Positions 14,521 through 28,489 of a DNA stretch of 64,000 nucleotides are shown in pieces; position 1 is the first letter of the stretch, and each line of letters begins with the position of its first letter. Origin of the DNA: the human T2T-CHM13v2.0 reference genome, Homo sapiens. The notes under the pieces were generated by a model. That model had not been told where the DNA came from and searched no databases. It saw only the letters and a program-made list of their open reading frames with translations. A program made the position numbers and the translations under genes. The stretch lies in the NCBI RefSeq assembly GCF_009914755.1, contig NC_060929.1. One strand, written 5' to 3'.

Positions 14521-14762
14521 GTTCCTCCTTGCCTCTTGTCTCAGAGCAAGTGAACAAGACCCTGACTTTTATATCTTCAAATGCAGGTTCATTTCCAACA
14601 TTGCCTAGTTAAAAATATCCACAGGGATTTTTTTTTTCCTTACAGATTTAAGAGATAAGATCTGGTCTTTGATCTTGAGAATCTCAGAGGGGTGAAATGT
14701 ACAGATGCTGCCTCCTCAGATCTGCTACCTTAGATTGGATTTAGAATAGAGTAAGCATCCAA

Positions 14763-14808
14763 ACATACACACACACACACACACACACGCGCGCTCGCGT
14801 GCGCGCAC
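14763..14808. repeat. (CA)n(CG)n alternating purine-pyrimidine tract, Z-DNA-prone
   Basis: acat(ac)n gcgcgctcgcgtgcgcgcac. Confidence 0.85.
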
Positions 14809-14943
14809 TCTTCCCTTAGAAGAGCCCTTAACCCAGAATGGGGGCTTTCCCTGCAGGGTATTCCCACAACATCACCTCACAGCCCTCCTCTAGCACTGAT
14901 CTGGCTGAACTCTGCAGAGCAGCTGTGGGGATAAACTGGTGTG

Positions 14944-14963
14944 GCACTGCCACCTAGTGACTG
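14944..14963 (-). promoter_or_regulatory. Candidate CTCF binding site
   Basis: Minus strand reads CAGTCACTAGGTGGCAGTGC, close to the CTCF core CCACYAGRKGGCRS. Confidence 0.6.
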
Positions 14964-15575
14964 CCCGCCACACCGTTCTTTGCCTCTGAGGTGCCGTGCA
15001 TCCGTCAGCTGGCCGCTACCCATCATGGAAAATCATAGTGGGGGCTTCTAAAAATAGAGTCTGCCAGGCCAGTGTCAACATGCTTTCTCTGCTATCAGCA
15101 GAGCCTGGCACACATCAGACATGGATTAGATTAAGTGTTTTTGAAAAAGTGGTTTTTTGGGTAAGGGAATCTTTGGGCCTGGTCGAGCATGGCTCCATCT
15201 GTCTGCTGGGGTTCCAGTTTCCTCTTGGAGGAGCTCACAGTGTGCACAGGATGCCTGGCACGCAGCAGGAGCTGAATGAATAGAGGTTGCCCCGCAATGT
15301 TTAAATATCCACTGGTCTGGAAGTTAGAAAAGGAACAGGAGGAAAGAGAAACTTGGTCAGAAATGCTAGTCCTGGTTAAAACATTGTTCTGGATTTTGAT
15401 ATTTTTTGATTTCCCAGAAAGTATCAGGGGCTTGAGAATATAATTCTCTTCAGGCGTTTTTGCCAAATTCCAAGATTTTCCAGTTTCACTACTTTCCAGA
15501 TGTGTTGATATGAAGCCAGCTCCAGATTGTCTGATGGCCATTACTAGAGTCCCAGCTGCCCTGAAACTCTAGGCC

Positions 15576-15880
15576 AGTGGTTCAGAACAGGAGTAATACC
15601 GCCCCCAGGGGAATTATGGAAATTAGTGGAGAATTTTTTTTCTTGTTGCTGCCTTGGGCCAGGGATGCTGTGTATCTGTTACGCATTTAACAAAACACTG
15701 TTCTACATCCCACTTGACTTCAGATTGACCTACTGGATATTACATATAACAAAAACCTGTTTATAATTTTCTTAGCTTAGACCTAAATTCATTTTAAATA
15801 AGGACATAAAATAGTTTTGCTCAGTAGTAATCAACATTTAATTTTCAAATAATGTAATTTTCTAATAATATATAAATTGG
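15576..15880. mobile_element. MER20B/Charlie-like hAT fragment
   Basis: cagtggttc...gcccccagggga...gggccagggatgct; right limit uncertain. Confidence 0.5.
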
Positions 15881-16491
15881 GGGAAATTATTAGTGATACC
15901 GTCTGTGTTCTTATAGGTTTTTAACATAGTAGTGAAAGTTATATAGGTGTAAGATTTGAGACTTTTAACTTATTGACAGATAAGTCATTGCTGAAGTCAC
16001 TTATTCCAATATGACATGTAAATGCATAGTGAATAATAGAGTTAGAAAACAAAACCTCTTTGTCCTCTCAGGGAAACACGATAAATGTAATTCTTCAAGT
16101 TTGAAAATTTGTGGATGTTCTATCATTCCCTTTTCCATTGGGACATCGAACTTTATTTTAAAGTAAGCTTATGCTCTTAGAACATAGCCGCTGATGGTCT
16201 GGAGACAAAAAAGTAAGTTGTCTATATCCCAAGTGTGAATGAAACTGTCATTAGCCAAGGTTAATGCATGAAAAGAAACCGGACATTTTACAGAACCATG
16301 CCCCGCCAAACATACGCACACACACACAGGGAGAGAGAAAAGGGGTTAGCTTTGACATTTTTCTCAATGAAAAGAAGAGAGGAAGACATTCCAAATGTGC
16401 AAAATTAAAGGAGCAAAAGAAAATCAAGGTGAAAATACTCACTTTGGCATTTTAGAGTCAATAAAGAATTATATAATTTATAAAAATTCAA

Positions 16492-16808
<317 letters not shown>

Positions 16809-17457
16809 CTAAATTAAATCTGGGCTTTAGATGTAGCAGCATTATACTGCCTGTTGCCACTGCTGCTTCTCTTTGTTTACTTACTAATATTAAAGGAAGT
16901 CTGTATTGAAATCCTCAAGATCCTAAAGCCATGTTTATGTTTTCATAACTCAGTTATAGGGAAAAAATAGGAGTGCAAGGAGGGGACTATGAGAACGTCA
17001 AATAGATTGGGGCAGTTTACATTCTCATACGTTCTATAAATTAGTTCCAGAGAGAGTAGTTTCATACATAAAACTACAGCATTTATACTTTAGAGCACCC
17101 TCACTTAGGGAGGTTTTTATTAAAGTGTTTGGACTTACTGGATTTTACATTTTATTTGAATTTAGAACTGTAATTTTAGGTGTCAGTGATGGAACATTAT
17201 TAGACACTCATGTCATCATTTTCAATCTGTTGCATATATTTTTCTTTGATAGGTCTTTACATCTGGTGTTCACATTTATTACAGCTTGCATATTACCTTA
17301 CTCCTTGCAACCAGTTTTCTGCCTTACCACATTTTAAGCTTCTCATGAATGCTTACTATTTTTACTCATCTACATATTCTCAGTGCCTCCAAAAGTTTCT
17401 TTACATGTAGATGTTCACCATGTTATTGAATGAGAAACTCCTGAAATAAAGCTAATT

Positions 17458-17626
17458 GATGGTTCTCAGACTAGATAGCACATTAAAATCATCTGGGGAG
17501 CTTTTAAAAAATCCCTGTGCCATGGCTTCACCCCCGGAGACCTCAGCTTCATTGTTTACGGATGGGGCTTTGCACAGGATTCCTTTTAACACTTCCCAGG
17601 TGGCTCCAATATGCAGCTACAGGTGA
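17458..17626. mobile_element. MER5A/B-like hAT element
   Basis: tggttctca...aatcatctggggagcttttaaaaa...cccaggtg...aatatgcagc. Confidence 0.7.
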
Positions 17627-18689
17627 ATATGCCGCTACAGTGAATAGCTACGTGTGAATATCAGCAACAAGTAAGAGACACGTTAGCTCTTTCTTCTGAG
17701 CCATTGGCAGTAAGCTCTTTTCCTTTTGAACTTAGATATGTACCTTCTTTGAATTTCTTTTTATGCTTATATATTCTAATTAATTGAAGCAGTTATTTTA
17801 TTTGCCTTTACTTCAAATGAAAACTACATGCACATAGTTGCAATTTGGAAGGAGACCATTTATCAGACTCCTTGCATCTCTCTGAGCCTGCAGCTGGTGG
17901 ACACGGCAATATCAGCTTTGTTACTGAAATTAAACGGATTTGGACACCACCACTTGCCCTACAGCCACATGGGCTTTCTAATGTTCTGCTGATTTACCAC
18001 TGAATTTGAAAAAAGTCGTAGGTGTACCCTCACACTGAGGGAGTCACTCTGTGTCCCAGGTGAGCTTACCACATAGAAAACCCCATACACCTGCTTTGTG
18101 GGCAAGCCAAGGAAAGAGAGGGCCTGATCTATGCCTGCTCAGTTCCTACTGCCAGATTTTTCATCCCTCCCCTGTACAAAACAAGAGATGCATTGCCTAC
18201 CTCTTTTCCTCCCAACACACATACACACTACTTAAAACAAATAATGTTAGAGGCAAGCATTTGAATATTTAGCTCGGTCTATTTTTCTCCTCTTAGAAAC
18301 TTTTTAAGATCTTTTCTTTATTCCTGGTATTTAAAAATTTACAGTCATCTGCCATGACTTAGGTCATTTCTTATTTCGTATACATATTCTCAGTAGAATC
18401 TTCCCTTTAGAGATAGATGTGTGCCTTCCAGTTTTCCAGTCAAAGAAATAGAAGAACACTATTTCTTTTCTTCCACTGTCCATATTATCCTTCTGGAAAG
18501 ATAGTTGTTGGAACCTCTATTTTAATTGTCTGAGAATGTATCTTTTTTGTTCTCCTCTTCTCTTTTTGCTTTTTTCTACTTTCTGGGAAATTTCTGTCAA
18601 CTTACATTCTAACTGCATTACGGTTACTTTTTCATCATAAGTTGGTGTTGTATAGTTGTATTCCACTTTTCCTCTTCCTATTAATGCAA

Positions 18690-19052
18690 TTTTTTTTTAA
18701 CTTTCAGTTCCTGTGATACATGTGCTGAATGTGTAGGTTTGTTACATTGATATACATGTGTCATGGTGGTTTGCTGCACCTGTCAACCCGTCATCTAGGT
18801 TTTAAGCCCCACACGCATTAGGTATTTGTCCTAATGCTGTCCCTGTCCTTTCTCACCACACCCCAGTAGGCCCCGGTATGTGATGTTCCCTGCCCTGTGT
18901 CCACGCATTCTCATTGTTGAACTCCCACTTACGAGTGAGAACATGCGGTGTTTGGTTTTCTGTTCCCGTGTTAGTTTGCTGAGAATGATGGTTTCCAGCT
19001 TCATCCATGTCCCTGCAAAGGACATGAACTCATTCTTTTTATGGCTGCATAG
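18690..19052 (-). mobile_element. L1PA (about PA7/PA8) 3'-end fragment, 5' truncated
   Basis: T tail, atacatgtg...ggtttgttacat, gagaacatgcggtgtttggttttctg; encodes the L1 ORF2 C-terminus SFAGTWMKLETIILSKL. Confidence 0.92.
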
Positions 19053-19993
19053 TAAAGTTTTTATTTAGCCTTTTTGTAGTATAATTTACATAGTTCAGGA
19101 GTCCTGTCCCCTCATCACTCTACATCATCTCAGGTTTGTTCTGTTTCCTCCCTTCCCTTCCTTTCTTTCTTCCTCCCTCCTTTTTGTGTCTTTTCGATAG
19201 AAATCAGATTCAAGTGTGTGCTGATCATTTGCCATTCTCTCGTATTAAGAGTGGCAATTGGAAGCCAGTTGGAAGCTCGGTAAGGGTAAGGGTTTACTGT
19301 TTGATGACAATCACTGTGGGGTGATAGTTGAGTTTTTCATTAGGGAATTCTTGATATTATTAATACATGAATGTCTTTCCTGAGAAGTTGTCCTGTTTCT
19401 CCAGGGAAAAATATTCTTTCTCTGTATTATCAAATTCTAATATTAGGGTCAGGTATGGGAAGTGAAGGAAAGAGACTAGAAATGCTACTGTTCAGCTTAG
19501 AAACTTGAACTTAAGGCCCCAAACATTTCTTCTGCCCTTGGCTGGGCCCTAAGTCTCTGAGTATCCAGTGTATCCCCAGAGAATGAACCTATCTCCTGTG
19601 AGTTGTCTGTTGATACCAGGCAGGGCAGGTACGTGCGTATCCATCATTCTGTATACTTACAGTTAATCAGTTCCCCTGGTTTTAGCTTTGGACTTTATCC
19701 ACACATTTTGTGGTACTTGGTTTCTCCAAGTTGTGACACTTCCACGGGTTCTATGACAATTTGTGCCTTCGAATTGGGGGTACACAGACCATTTATATTT
19801 AATGTGGTTACAGATACGCTTATGTAAATCTCTCCTGTTGCTATTTGTTTACTATTTGCTCCATCTCTTTTTTTCCTTTATTTCTGGCTCTCTTGGGATT
19901 TTTTTTAATATTCAATTTTCTATCCTTTATTGAGTTATCAGCTATTCTTTTTCAATGTGTTACTTCAGTGGTTCCTTTGGGGTTTATGGCACA

Positions 19994-22382
19994 CAGGCTT
20001 ACCTCATTTTATTGTGCTTCACTTTATTGTGTTTCACAGATACTGCATTTTTTACAAACTGAAGGACTGTGTCAGTGCTGCATCGAGCTAGGCGATCAGC
20101 ATCATTTTTTCCATAGCACATGCTCAGTTGGTGTCTTTGTGTCACATTTTGGTAATTCTTGTAGCTTCTCAAACTTTTTCATTATTGTACCTCTTATGGT
20201 GATTTATGATCAGGGATCTTTGATATTACAATTCTATTTATCTTGGGGTTCCATGAATCAAGCCCATAAGAGAAGGCAAACTTAAATGATAAATGTTGTG
20301 TGTGTTGACTGCTTCACCAACTAGCTGTTCCCCCATCTCTCTCACTTTTATCTGGCTTTCCTATTCCCTGAAACGCAGTGATACTTAAATGAGGCCAACT
20401 AATGACCTACAATGGCTTCCAAGTGTTCACGTGACAAGAAGGATTGCGTATCTCTCACTTTCAATCAAAAGCTAGACATGATTAAGCTTAATGAGGAAGG
20501 CATTTCAAAAGCTGGGATAAGCTGAAAGCTAGGCTTCTTATACCAAACATTTATCCAAGTTGTGAATGCAAAGGAAAAGTTGAAGGAAATTAAAAGTGCT
20601 ACTCCAGTGAACACATGAATAATAGGAAACAAAACAGCCTTAATGCGGTTATGGAGAAAGTTTGAGTAGTCTGGATAGAAGATAAAACAAGCTGCAACAT
20701 TTCCTCAAGCCAAAGCCTAATCCATACAAGGTCCTAACTCTCTTCAGTTCTTTGAAGGCTGAGAGAGGTGAGGAAGCTGCAGAAGAAAAGCTTGAAGCCA
20801 GCAGAGGTTGGTTCATTAGATTTAAGGAAAGAAACCATCTTTATAACATAAAAGCAAGGTGAAGCAGGAAGTGCTGATGTGGCGACAGCAAGGTGTCCAC
20901 ATGTGATCTAGCTAAGATCGTTGAAGGTGGCTACAATAAACAATAGATTTTCAATGTAGATGAAACAGGCTTCTATTGGAAAAATATGTCATCTAGGAAT
21001 TCCATAGCTAGAGTGGAGAAGTTAATGCCTGGCTTCAAAGTTTCAAAGGACACATGAACTGTCTTGTTAGGTACTAATGCTGCTGGTGACTCTGAGTTGA
21101 AGGCAATCCTGATTTACCATGCTGAAAAACCTAGGGCCGTTAAGAATTATACTAAATCTACTTTGCCTGTGCCCTGTAAATGGAACAACAAAGCCTGGAT
21201 GACAGCACATCTGTTTATAGCATCATTTACTGAATATTTTAAGCCACTTTTGAGTTCTGTTGCTCAAAACAAACAAACAAAAAAAGACTTCTCTGAAATT
21301 ATTACTGATCACTGACAATGCACTTGGTCACCCAAGATCTCCGATGGAGATGGACAAGATTAGTGTTGTTTTCATGCCTGCTAACAAAACATCTATTCTG
21401 CAGCACACAGATCAAGGAGTAATTATGACTCTCAAGTCATATTATTTCAAAAATACATTTTGTAAGGCTATAGCTGATGGAGCTAGGCAAAGTAAATTGA
21501 AAACCTTCTGGAAAGGATTAATTTATTCTACATGCCATTAAGAACATCTGTGATTCAGGGAAGGAGGTCAAAATAGCAACATTAACAGGAGTTTGGAAGA
21601 AGTTGATTCTAAACCTCATGGATAACTTGAAAGGATTCAAATTTCAACAGAAGAAGTAGCTGCAGGTATAATGGAAATAGCAAGATAACTAGAAATATTA
21701 ATAGAAGTAGAGCCTGAATAAGTGATTGAATTGCTGCAATCTCATGATCAAATTTGAATGTATGGGGAGTTTGCTTTGCTTCCTATGGATCAGCAAATAA
21801 ACTCTTTCTTGAGATGGAATCTACTCCTGGAGAAGATGCTGTGAACATTGTTGAAATGACAACAAAGACTTTAGAAAATACATAAACTTAGTTGATAAAG
21901 CTGTGTCACGGTTTGGGAGGATTGATTCCAATTTTGAAAGAAGTTCTATGGGTAAAATGCTATCATATAGCATCATATGCTATAGATAAATCTTTCCTGA
22001 AAGAAAGAGTCCATTGATGTGGCAAACTTCATTGCTGTGTTATTTTAAGAAATTGCCACAGCCATCTCAACCTTCAGCAAGCACCACCCTGATCAGTCAG
22101 CAGCCATCAACACTGAGGCAAGACCCTCCACCAGAAAAAAGATTATGACTCATTGAAGACTTAAATCCATAGAATTTTTGAGCAATACAGCACTCTTCAA
22201 TTAAGGTATATACATTTTTTAAGACATCATGCTATAGCACACTTAATAGAACTACAGTATAGTATACACATAACAACATTTTTAGAAACTGGGAAACAAA
22301 TTTGTGTGACTTGCTTTGTTGAAATATTTGCATGATTGCAGTGATCTGCATCTGAACCTGCAATATCCCCCAGGTATGACTG
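19994..22382 (+). mobile_element. Tigger1 (pogo/Tc1-mariner DNA transposon), near full length, transposase disrupted
   Basis: TIRs caggcttacctc / caggtatgactg; ~2.39 kb; FNVDETGFYW motif near 20950; ORF fragments 21064-21315 and 21260-21541 (KAWMT, DNALGH, DQGVI). Confidence 0.95.
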
Positions 22383-22439
22383 CACTTACACACTTAGGCA
22401 TACTATACCTATGTTATCACAGTCTTTCTTCACCTGATA

Positions 22440-22878
22440 GTATATACTATCTTTTACTGCAGTCTATCTTCAAGCGGTACTGTATCACTTCACATAGATG
22501 AGTTTTCAGCTGAATAATCAAGCAGAACCCTATGAAGTTCTCTGCATGTGTCTCTGTACAGGTCTCTCCTTTTTGATTTTTGCCCTTTTGAATTCTTAAC
22601 CTCCCTGGATTTCCAGCTCTGTCCTTCAACAGAGGGAGACCTCCAGGCAGTGCCAGGTTTCCTTCCCTGAGCTGCACCTGAGAGATTCTCTTTAGTCATT
22701 AAAGTGGGGGCCATTGTATTGCTCAGTTGTTTTCCATCTCTCAAGAATCACTGTCCTTTGTTGCTAGATAACCAATGTCTTGATAACCATTGTATCAAAT
22801 ATTTTATCTGCTTTTTTAGTTGTTTCAGGAGAGAGTATAAATCTAGTTCTCTGTTGCTCCATCTTGGCTGAAAGCAAA
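22440..22878 (-). mobile_element. Ancient L1ME-type 5' region fragment
   Basis: aatcactgtcctttgttg...caatgtcttga...ctccatcttggctgaaagc resembles an L1ME 5' end. Confidence 0.55.
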
Positions 22879-25045
22879 TTACACAGTAATTGACATAAGA
22901 ATGTGTTGTTTCTTCTTCTCTGATGTCTCCTTTCATTTCCCTTTGTTCTTGTTGGTTTACACCTTTTAAAAAAAATGCATTGCTGTCACTTTAATGGTAT
23001 TTCAGGAGAGAGGTGGATTCCAGAAAGAGAACTGATGGTGGATTGATCACATGCATTTACATCTCCATAATACTTCTCACTAACTATGGCTGACATTTGA
23101 GACCAGAGCTGACATTTGAGATGAGATTTTTTTTCCATTTTTAGTATTACTGGTAAATTTAATAGAAAAGGATTAATGAACACAATTTGTTAGCTGTTAA
23201 CCTCCACGACTGAATTATTTTTACAGATATAAAAATACCTTCTAAGTTGCACACAGATCTTGGAACGTAACACGACAAATCCAATTTATGTTCACTGATG
23301 AGCAAGAATTATTTTTATCCACTTTTTATATGTCTATGTGTATAATCCTAAAAATCTAGCATGTGGCCCAAGGCAAGTCAACTTGAGGACATGTTTCCCT
23401 TTGTCACATTAATTACTTCAAATATTACTTCCCTGCTATGTTTTTGTAAGCATCTGTGACTATACAACAATGAATAAGGCATAGTCGTTATCTTCAAATT
23501 CTTTATAATTTCGATTCTAAGGGTATGTTAGATGAGTGAATTCCACATTACCTGTCTTATGACCCAAAGTAACATTTATCAAATGGTGCTAGAGATATCT
23601 ACAAGATGTTCCTGGGATACAGAGAGGGAACCAGGCTTGGAGTATCATGCTGACCAAAAGCTACAGGGAATCTGGAGAAGGGGACCCACAAACAGATCCT
23701 CAGAGTACAAACGAGGGTTAGAGAGAAGGGGGGACGTGTTTCCCAGCAGAAGGAAATACATCTGCAGAGAAAGAGAGCTGTGAAGGATAACAGCATACCT
23801 CCCAGCCATTAGTGTGCGGGTGCTGAGGGAGGCAGGAGGGCAGGCCAGAGGCCATCACTCTCTTGGGGAAGAAGGCACTGATTCCTTGGGAAAGATAACT
23901 TCTGTGAACTTTGACACACGTTATAGAAAGCTGTCATATTTGTAATCTAAGAAAGAGTGTGAGACCCTTAGTCAGCAATGAATTAAGAAATGAATTAGGA
24001 ATAGAAACTAAGAAAAGGAACAGTTTGCTTCTTTTAAAACATTAAAGTTGATCTTACAGTCTTTGTCTCTGAAGCATGCAGTTCATGCCAAAACTCCAAA
24101 GTCCTCATTTTAAAAGCTTGAGATTATTGGGCATTCCTTGCACTAATTTTAATCTTATTGAATGTGTTTTTATTAAATCAGCATTCATGTTGATCAAAAC
24201 TTGAAATTTGTACAAATCATTTCTTCATGCCTTTCTCAGAATAGTTCTCCTTGTAGAGAAGGTTGGAATTGTCTAAGTATGTGAAGCGAACTTCTATAAA
24301 AAATGTTTTGAAAATTTTTAAACATTGTATTAATCATTCACAGTGATGTGAATCTGTCATAGATTAAAAACCTGGGGATGTTCAAAATGATAATATCATC
24401 CTGTGAAAAGTCTAATTTTGTTTCTGAGTTGCTGAAAAACAAAATAGGGGATTATTCTAATAGTATCTAATTTGGTTCCTGATTACCTCATCTTGAATAT
24501 TCACAATCATGTATGTCTGAGTGCAACATAAACATTAGTATGAGATGTCATTTTTCTATTCTGAGCTATTTTTAGGGCAGGTTTATTATTTTGTAAGCAA
24601 AAAGGATAATTTATCATTGAATCCCAAGCCCTAAAATGCCAACTCCTAGAAAGATGCATGTTTCTATTTAAAGCTCTTCAATACAGGATGACAATCTCTG
24701 ATGCAATGTAATGCGAACAGCATATAGTAAATATTAATTGAGTGATTTAATGATGTATTTCCTGAGAGTATTTGGCAAATAAGGATGGAAGAAATTTGTC
24801 TATCTAAGATTTGAGCATTTGTTAAAGGTAAGCGTCTAATGAGTTAGCTTGCCTAAATGTTCCAGTGTATGCTTTTCATTGCAGTTTTCAGTCATTTACT
24901 GCCCCCAACTCTGAAAAACATTTTTAATAAAAAGTGCTGCAGGAGCAGGAGATTAGAAAGACCTTCACACCCATGCCAAAGTTGAAATTTCCCTGCAGGC
25001 AACGGCCATGAAGGTACCCCCTAGAAATCTTTGTTTATCGTATGA

Positions 25046-25420
<375 letters not shown>

Positions 25421-27925
25421 GGCCTAGCTAGATATTAATAATAGTGTTCTGGTCACTCACTGTGGCAGTGAAAAAACAACTTGAAGATTTCACTGGGACC
25501 CAGGCACATTTTCTAAGTGTCTAGAAACTAAGTATCTAAGGTCACTTTGCTGATATAGAGACAGTCAAGAATATAACTGTTTCAGCCAAAGATTGTCCAT
25601 GCATTACAACATACGTCAAATTAGAAAATGCAAGTTAAGCTCTCTGAGTACATAGTGAACACTCAGTAAGTATGGTATGTACATACATATGCATCATGGA
25701 ACCAGAGCCATTAGCTCTTAAGTGTATCACATCAGTGTATGAATTGTGCTAAGAAGCAGCTTTGTCTCACAATTAAAAACTGAATAGGAAATGAACTCTT
25801 TTGCCTCCCCTCTCTTTACAGACCATTCTTACGATAGGGTAATGTATTTCCTGTTTTAGGAAATTGCTTGGTGAGGAATACTTACTAGAGAGCCCCAATA
25901 TTATTAATAGATTATAATCCAGAGTTTATTTCTAGGGGTTTTATTTTGAAAGGAAAACCACGTCCTCCCATTGAAGCTCTGTTACATACGCATAGCAGGC
26001 TCCCAGAGCAGTCCACAGAATCCTGCTTAGCTCATATTGTGGCTGAGCATAGCACTGATCACATAGCATCTTCCTAGGTATATATTAGGTAACAAAGATT
26101 CTCAGGGGAAATGCACTCAGCTGCCTTCCTGGAATGCTAGGAATACATATGACTTTCCTTTTGACAATGACAGCCTCTACACCAAGACCTTCTGGGGAGA
26201 GGGGACTTTACAGCTAGGTCATGGAGGTTGTTTAGGGGTGAGGAACGGTGGTGATTTCTGCACCTCTGCCACAGAAACTTGCAGGATGCTCCTAATCAGG
26301 CTGGCTGCCTGTTCACATGCCCTTCCCTTTGATTCCAGGAGATCAGTGATTGCCCTTTCTCTGGGGTTCCACTCACTCCAGCCCGGAGCCTGTTTCCTTA
26401 GTCCACAGTAGCAGGAAACAGAATTTCTTAGCTTCTCTATTCTTTGGAAGAAGGCAAAGGGACAAATGTGATAAGAATGGGTCTCTTGTATGTCCAAAGA
26501 TAGAGTGTAAGATCTACTGATATTGTGGAGAAAAGCTTATACCCTGTAAGATAAATCTGCATTTTTTATTTTTGAAGCAGGAAGCTTGGCATGGGATGAG
26601 GGACAGGAAAAAAAAAAAAAGCATAGCGAATGCCATGGTCCAGTGTAGGTTGCATATAGGGCTAATCCTGGGGCTCTGGCTAGGAGCAGCCTCCTTGCCA
26701 CCACAGCCCTGGCAGCACAGACACAGATGGGGAATTGAGTTGAAAGGCAGGACTGAGTGAGCGAAGCAGGAGATGATGAGTACCACGCAATTATCAGTAT
26801 ATTTTGCAGAGCAAGAAATGAGGAAAGGAAAGCCCTCTGAGTGGTATCTGAGAGATGGGAAGGAGTGATGGTCCTTTCCAATGGTGGGTGAAAAGTAAGG
26901 AAGTCTTCTAGTGACCAGAGTCTGGGGCCTGACTGTCATAGAAACCAGAGCAGGGCCTCTCTGCCCCATGACCACACAGAATGTGCATCTAGAGCAAATT
27001 CTTCTAGGGTGACAACTCTGATGGCCTTGCTGTTGTATGCATACATGCTGTTGTATAAAACCAGTGTCCACATCACGGGCACAGAGGGTTACTATTTCGT
27101 ACTGTTAATTCAACCGAAGTGTGATAGGATACCTGTTTCTGATATAAAAGCTTTCTTCCTTACCAGTAAAATTTGACACCTCAAAGAATGATTAGTATAC
27201 TTTGTATCCCTCTCCCTCTTTTCGACTGTAAGTTCTTTGTGTATAACTGGTAAGACAACTTCTATTAAGCTCTGGTTATGGGCAGGGACTCTGTGATCAG
27301 AGGTACAGTTTCTGTGTTCAAGGATGAAGGACATCCAGGTAGATTGACCTATTATAATATGGTCCCATGATCTAGGGATGTGCCCGATACTCAGGGAGCA
27401 CAGGGGAAGCACTGAGGGGAAGAGAAGACAGAAAAGGCTCCCACTTGAACTTACTTTGAAGGATGAAGAGGTGTTAGCCCATCGTCAGGAAATCGAGGTA
27501 GCAAAGGCCAGTCCAAGCAAAGGGAACATCATAATTCATTTTGGTTACAAAGGTGTGGAGTGAGATTGGGCAGCTGCATATTGTCTCTTAAGTCTGGCAC
27601 ATCAGCTAGGCAAGGAGTGACGAGACACGGGCAGGGGCCGGAGGAGTCTACAAAGATAAATGTGCCTGTATCATCTTACACCAGTGAGGAAATCTGTTTT
27701 ATATTTTACAGTCTCTTTCAGATGATATATAAAGTTGAGGCACTTTCTGATGTCGTGGATTGCTTAGATGGAACCTCAATTTTGTTTATATTCACAAGCT
27801 TTGAAAACTTCTAAATATAGCAGTTTATAGAAGATACAGTAAATTCGTTGAATTGAACCAAACCACACTTAACTATCATATTGGAGATTAATTATAAAGG
27901 ACTGGTTTTGTTTGCTGTTTTTCAG

Positions 27926-28067
27926 GTACCATGATCAACAGGATGTTACTAGCAACTTCCTTGGAGCGATGTGGTTGATATCAATAACTTTTCTCTCCAT
28001 TGGTTATGGTGACATGGTACCTAACACATACTGTGGAAAAGGAGTCTGCTTACTTACTGGAATTATG
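27926..28067 (+). CDS. KCNN2: KCNN2 internal coding exon: S5-P linker, pore helix, GYG selectivity filter, start of S6 ((R)[47 protein letters not shown])
   Basis: Acceptor tgtttttcag|G, donor ATG|gtaagt; 142 nt (1 nt + 47 codons); K+ channel signature SIGYGD; peptide recognised as SK2. Confidence 0.98.
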
Positions 28068-28489
28068 GTAAGTGTCTTTATACTTCACATCTCTTTTATT
28101 TACGCTCAAGAAGGCACTTAAACCACTCAGTCCACGTGCATAAGTAATTGTGAGCTACTTCTTTTCCCATCAGCAGGAAATCAGTATAAATAAATCAATT
28201 TTGTGTTGAGAGAGAATGTCAACAGTTTTCCTCTTAATTCTTCTCATCATGAAATTCTGTTGAAGAGGTAGAGCTGTTTGATTGCCCCTTGTGGGGCATG
28301 CACTAATTTGATAAACTAATTTGATCTTGGAGCTTTGGCTTCAGAATCAGGAAGTCCTTTAAGACTGTGTCCTCCCATCTCCTACTAGCTGTGCAAATTT
28401 GAGTAAATTGTAAAATATAGCCCATAATAACTATCTTGAAATGTGTTGAAGGGTAGAAGATATATTAATTATAATATTTATTTTTCTTT

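Noticed and set aside
21064-21541. Transposase-like ORFs suggesting a domesticated TIGD-type gene
   Set aside because: Short fragments in different frames inside an ordinary decayed Tigger1
26514-27071. Longest ORF in the track (185 aa, minus strand) and overlapping ORFs
   Set aside because: Non-ATG start, no recognisable domain, and Cys/Phe/Ser-rich composition typical of random frames; not supported as coding
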